This document shows, piece after piece, positions 57,801 through 64,000 of a DNA stretch of 64,000 bases (positions are counted from its first letter, which is position 1; each line of letters opens with the position of its first letter). The position numbers were made by a program, and so were the translations under genes. Under the pieces are notes generated by a model. That model was given only the letters and a program-made list of their open reading frames with translations, did not search any database and was not told where the DNA came from. The stretch covers positions 7,505,093-7,569,092 of the forward strand of contig NC_134036.1 in assembly GCF_964204645.1 (NCBI RefSeq), in the 5' to 3' direction. This DNA comes from Tubulanus polymorphus. Its lineage: Eukaryota > Animalia > Nemertea.

Positions 57801-60800
57801 GTAACGCTGATCAAGGCCCGGTCAGCACTTAGTCGTTTTTCAAACCAGCACTGACGGCAGACTAACTAACGGGCGGACGATTGTCCTACTGCCTCCCTCT
57901 CTCCCTCCCTGACCGGTGCCGGGTCGTAACGCTGATCAAGGCCCGGTCAGCACTTAGTCATCTTTCGAACGACTACCACCGGCACACTGACGAACGGACT
58001 GACGACCGACCTACTGCCTCCCTCCCTCCCCCCTCACTGCACCGGGTCGTAACGCTGATCAAGGCCCGGTCAGCACTTAGTCGTTTTTCGAACCAGCACT
58101 GACGGCAGACTAACTAACGGGCGGACGATTGTCCGACTGCCTCCCTCTCTCCCTCCCTCACTGCGCCGGGTCGTAATGCTGATCAAGGCCCGGTCAGCAC
58201 TTAGTCGTTTTTCGAACAACCAGCACTGCCGGCACACTGACTAACGGGCGGACGACCGACCTACTGCCTCCCTCCCTCCCTCCCTCACTGCACCGGGTCG
58301 TAACGCTGATCAAGACCCGGTCAGCACTTAGTCGTTTTTCGAACAACCACCGCCGGCACACTGACGAACGGACGGACGACCGACCTACTGCCTCCCTCCA
58401 TCCCTCACTGCACCGGGTCGTAACGCTGATCAAGGCCCGGTCAGCACTTAGTCGTTTTTCGAACAACCACCGCCGGCACACTGACGAACGGACGGACGAC
58501 CGACCTACTGCCTCCCTCCCTCCCTCACTGCACCGGGTCGTAACGCTGATCAAGGCCCGGTCAGCACTTAGTCGTTTTTCGAACTACCACCGCCGGCACA
58601 TTGACGAACGGATGGACGACCGACCTACTGCCTCCCTCCCTCCCTCCCTGACCAGCGCCGGGACGTAACGCTGATCAAGGCCCGGTCAGCCCTTAGTCGT
58701 TTTTCGAACAACCATCACTGCCGGCACACTGACAAACGGACGGACGACCGACCTACTGCCTCCCTCCCTCCCTCAATGCTCCGGGTCGTAACGCTGATCA
58801 AGGCCCGGTCAGCACTTAGTCGTTTTTCGAACAACCACCGCCGGCACACTGGCGAACGGACGGACGACCGACCTACTGCCTCCCTCCCTCCCTCACTGCT
58901 CCGGGTCGTAACGCTGATCAAGGCCCGGTCAGCACTTAGTCGTTTTTCGAACAACCACCGCCGGCACACTGACGAACGGATGGACGACCGACCTACTGCC
59001 TCCCTCCCTCTCTCCCTCCCTCACTGCACCGGGTCGTAACGCTGATCAAGACCCGGTCAGCACTTAGTCGTTTTTCGAACAACCACCGCCGGCACACTGA
59101 CGAACGGACGGACGACCGACCTACTGCCTCCCTCCATCCCTCACTGCACCGGGTCGTAACGCTGATCAAGGCCCGGTCAGCACTTAGTCGTTTTTCGAAC
59201 TACCACCGCCGGCACACTGGCGAATGGACGGACGACCGACCTACTGCCACCCTCCCTCCCTTCCTGACCGGTGCCGGGTCGTAACGCTGTTCATGGCCCG
59301 GTCAGCACTTAGTCGTTTTTCGAACAACCAGCACTGCCGGCACACTGACTAACGGGCGGACGACCGACCTACTGCCTCCCTCCCTCCCTCACTGCACCGG
59401 GTCGTAACGCTGATCAAGGCCCGGTCAGCACTTAGTCGTTTTTCGAACATTCACTGCCGGCACACTGACAAACGGACGGACGACCGACCTACTGCCTCCC
59501 TCCCTCCCTCACTGCATCGGGTCGTAACGCTGATCATGGCCCGGTCAGCACTTAATCGTTTTTCGAACAACCACCGCCGGCACACTGACGAACGGATGGA
59601 CGACCGACCTACTGCCTCCCTCCCTCCCTCCCTCACTGCACCGGGTCGTAACGCTGATCAAGGCCCGGTCAGCACTTAGTCGTTTTTCGAACCAACACTG
59701 ACGGCAGACTAACTAACGGGCGGACGATTGTCCGACTGCCTCCCTCTCTCCCTCCCTCACTGCGCCGGGTCGTAATGCTGATCAAGGCCCGGTCAGCACT
59801 TAGTCGTTTTTCGAACAACCAGCACTGCCGGCACACTGACTAACGGGCGGACGACCGACCTACTGCCTCCCTCCCTCCCTCACTGCACCGGGTCGTAACG
59901 CTGATCAAGGCCCGGTCAGCACTTAGTCGTTTTTCGAACAACCACCGCCGGCACACTGACGAACGGACGGACGACCGACCTACTGCCTCCCTCCCTCCCT
60001 CCCTGACCGGTGCCGGGTCGTAACGCTGATCAAGGCCCGGTCAGCACTTAGTCGTTTTTCGAACCAACACTGACGGCAGACTAACTAACGGGCGGACGAT
60101 TTTCCGACTGCCTCCCTCTCTCCCTCCCTCACTGCGCCGGGTCGTAATGCTGATCAAGGCCCGGTCAGCACTTAGTCGTTTTTCGAACCATCACTGCCGG
60201 CACACTGACAAACGGACGGACGACCGACCTACTGCCTCCCTCCCTCCCTCACTGCACCGGGTCGTAACGCTGATCATGGCCCGGTCAGCACTTAATCGTT
60301 TTTCGAACAACCAGCACTGCCGGCACACTGACTAACGGGCGGACGACCGACCTACTGCCTCCCTCCCTCCCTCAATGCACCGGGTCGTAACGCTGATCAA
60401 GGCCCGGTCAGCACTTAGTCGTTTTTCGAACCATCACTGCCGGCACACTGACAAACGGACGGACGACCGACCTACTGCCTCCCTCCCTCCCTCACTGCAC
60501 CGGGTCGTAACGCTGATCATGGCCCGGTCAGCACTTAATCGTTTTTCGAACAACCAGCACTGCCGGCACACTGACTAACGGGCGGACGACCGACCTACTG
60601 CCTCCCTCCCTCCCTCACTGCACCGGGTCGTAACGCTGATCAAGGCCCGGTCAGCACTTAGTCGTTTTTCGAACCATCACTGCCGGCACACTGACAAACG
60701 GACGGACGACCGACCTACTGCCTCCCTCCCTCCCTCACTGCACCGGGTCGTAACGCTGATCATGGCCCGGTCAGCACTTAATCGTTTTTCGAACAACCAC

Positions 60801-63800
60801 CGCCGGCACACTGACGAACGGATGGACGACCGACCTACTGCCTCCCTCCCTCCCTCCCTCACTGCACCGGGTCGTAACGCTGATCAAGGCCCGGTCAGCA
60901 CTTAGTCGTTTTTCGAACTACCACCGCCGGCACACTGACGAACGGACGGACGACCGACCTACTGCCTCCCTCCCTCCCTCCCTGACCGGCGCCGGGTCGT
61001 AACGCTGATCAAGGCCTGGTCAGCACTTAGTCGTTTTTCGAACAACCACCGCCGGCACTCTGACGAACGAACGGACGACCGACCTACTGCCACCCTCCCT
61101 CCCTTCCTGACCGGTGCCGGGTCGTAACGCTGTTCATGGCCCGGTCAGCACTTAGTCGTTTTTCGAACAACAACCGCCGACACACTGACTAACGGGCGGA
61201 CGACTGTCCTAGTGCCTCCCTCCCTCCCTCCCTCACTGCACCGGGACGTAACGCTGATCAAGGCCCGGTCAGCACTTAGTCGTTTTTCGAACAACCACCG
61301 CCGGCACACTGACGAACGGATGGACGACCGACCTACTGCCTCCCTCCCTCCCTCCCTCCCTCACTGCACCGGGTCGTAACGCTGATCAAGGCCCGGTCAG
61401 CACTTAGTCGTTTTTCGAACAACCACCGCCGGCACACTGACGAACGGATGGTCGACCGACCTACTGCCTCCCTCCCTCCCTCCCTCACTGCACCGGGTCG
61501 TAACGCTGATCAAGGCCCGGTCAGCACTTAGTCGTTTTTCGAACTACCACCGCCGGCACACTGACGAACGGACGGACGACCGACCTACTGCCTCCCTCCC
61601 TCCCTCCCTGACCGGTGCCGGGTCGTAACGCTGATCAAGGCCCGGTCAGCACTTAGTCGTTTTTCGAACCAACACTGACGGCAGACTAACTAACGGGCGG
61701 ACGATTGTCCGACTGCCTCCCTCTCTCCCTCCCTCACTGCGCCGGGTCGTAATGCTGATCAAGGCCCGGTCAGCACTTAGTCGTTTTTCGAACAACCAGC
61801 ACTGCCGGCACACTGACTAATGGGCGGACGACCGACCTACTGCCTCCCTCCCTCCCTCACTGCACCGGGTCGTAACGCTGATCAAGGCCCGGTCAGCACT
61901 TAGTCGTTTTTCGAACAACCACCGCCGGCACACTGACGAACGGACGGACGACCGACCTACTGCCTCCCTCCCTCCCTCCCTGACCGGTGCCGGGTCGTAA
62001 CGCTGATCAAGGCCCGGTCAGCACTTAGTCGTTTTTCGAACCAACACTGACGGCAGACTAACTAACGGGCGGACGATATTCCGACTGCTCCCTCTCTCCC
62101 TCCCTCACTGCGCCGGGTCGTAATGCTGATCAAGGCCCGGTCAGCACTTAGTCGTTTTTCGAACAACCAGCACTGCCGGCACACTGACAAACGGACGGAC
62201 GACCGACCTACTGCCTCCCTCCCTCCCTCACTGCACCGGGTCGTAACGCTGATCATGGCCCGGTCAGCACTTAATCGTTTTTCGAACAACCACCGCCGGC
62301 ACACTGACGAACGGATGGACGACCGACCTACTGCCTCCCTCCCTCCCTCCCTCCCTCACTGCACCGGGTCGTAACGCTGATCAAGGCCCGGTCAGCACTT
62401 AGTCGTTTTTCGAACCAACACTGACGGCAGACTAACTAACGGGCGGACGATTGTCCGACTGCCTCCCTCTCTCCCTCCCTCACTGCGCCGGGTCGTAATG
62501 CCGATCAAGGCCCGGTCAGCACTTAGTCGTTTTTCGAACAACCAGCACTGCCGGCACACTGACTAACGGGCGGACGACCGACCTACTGCCTCCCTCCCTC
62601 CCTCACTGCACCGGGTCGTAACGCTGATCAAGGCCCGGTCAGCACTTAGTCGTTTTTCGAACCATCACTGCCGGCACACTGACAAACGGACGGACGACCG
62701 ACCTACTGCCTCCCTCCCTCCCTCACTGCACCGGGTCGTAACGCTGATCATGGCCCGGTCAGCACTTAATCGTTTTTCGAACAACCACCGCCGGCACACT
62801 GACGAACGGATGGACGACCGACCTACTGCCTCCCTCCCTCCCTCCCTCCCTCACTGCACCGGGTCGTAACGCTGATCAAGGCCCGGTCAGCACTTAGTCG
62901 TTTTTCGAACCAACACTGACGGCAGACTAACTAACGGGCGGACGATTGTCCGACTGCCTCCCTCTCTCCCTCCCTCACTGCGCCGGGTCGTAATGCTGAT
63001 CAAGGCCCGGTCAGCACTTAGTCGTTTTTCGAACAACCAGCACTGCCGGCACACTGACTAACGGGCGGACGAACGACCTACTGCCTCCCTCCCTCCCTCA
63101 CTGCACCGGGTCGTAACGCTGATCAAGGCCCGGTCAGCACTTAGTCGTTTTTCGAACAACCACCGCCGGCACACTGACGAACGGACGGACGACCGACCTA
63201 CTGCCTCCCTCCCTCCCTCCCTGACCGGTGCCGGGTCGTAACGCTGATCAAGGCCCGGTCAGCACTTAGTCGTTTTTCGAACCAACACTGACGGCAGACT
63301 AACTAACGGGCGGACGATTGTCCGACTGCCTCCCTCTCTCCCTCCCTCACTGCGCCGGGTCGCAATGCTGATCAAGGCCCGGTCAGCACTTAGTCGTTTT
63401 TCGAACAACCAGCACTGCCGGCACACTGACTAACGGGCGGACGACCGACCTACTGCCTCCCTCCCTCCCTCCCTCCCTCACTGCACCGGGTCGTAACGCT
63501 GATCAAGGCCCGGTCAGCACTTAGTCGTTTTTCGAACAACCACCGCCGGCACACTGACGAACGGATGGACGACCGACCTACTGCCTCCCTCCCTCCCTCC
63601 CTCCCTCCCTCCCTCACTGCACCGGGTCGTAACGCTGATCAAGGCCCGGTCAGCACTTAGTCGTTTTTCGAACAACCACCGCCGGCACACTGACGAACGG
63701 ACGGACGACCGACCTACTGCCTCCCTCCCGCCCTCCCTGACCGGTGCCGGGTCGTAACGCTGATCAAGGCCCGGTCAGCACTTAGTCGTTTTTCGAACCA

Positions 63801-64000
63801 ACACTGACGGCAGACTAACTAACGGGCGGACGATTGTCCGACTGCCTCCCTCTCTCCCTCCCTCACTGCGCCGGGTCGTAATGCTGATCAAGGCCCGGTC
63901 AGCACTTAGTCGTTTTTCGAACAACCACCGCCGGCACACTGACGAACGGATGGACGACCGACCTACTGCCTCCCTCCCTCCCTCCCTCCCTCACTGCACC
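48802..64000. repeat. Satellite B array, right block (runs off the window)
   Basis: Same ~120-bp monomer and orientation. Resumes in register after the TSD. Confidence 0.98.

Noticed and set aside
21953-64000. Dozens of short ORFs in the satellite blocks (e.g. MISVTTRCSEGGRE...)
   Set aside because: They are translations of a 120-bp GC-rich monomer with few stops, and frames break at random with (CCCT)n length.

Overview
Eukaryotic (most likely invertebrate animal) heterochromatin with no host genes. It holds two full-length, AT-rich Polinton/Maverick-type endogenous dsDNA viruses of one family in opposite orientation: A at 3073-21679 (TSD GATGCA) and B at 32293-48801 (TSD CCGGTC). Each has ~457-bp TIRs, a protein-primed PolB, an rve integrase with chromodomain, an A32-like packaging ATPase, major and minor capsid proteins, an HNH nuclease and several membrane proteins. 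Also present: the right end of a third related element (1-277), an older pPolB remnant that element A jumped into, an RTE-type LINE fragment, a 118-bp repeat, and about 25 kb of a GC-rich ~120-bp satellite with higher-order structure. The most unusual signals are: (i) 14 of 17 genes of element B start in the poxvirus late-promoter context TAAATG, mostly behind T-tracts, which suggests a virophage-like dependence on a poxvirus-type helper; (ii) the outer 267 bp of every TIR is an imperfect fold-back hairpin that duplicates the integrase-recognised end; (iii) I find no adenain protease, but there is a block of predicted membrane proteins; (iv) a swappable module of Zn-finger gene plus repeat array sits where the two transcription units converge; (v) a Penelope-type hammerhead ribozyme palindrome is inserted in element A. 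All protein calls come from reading motifs by eye; no database searches were run.
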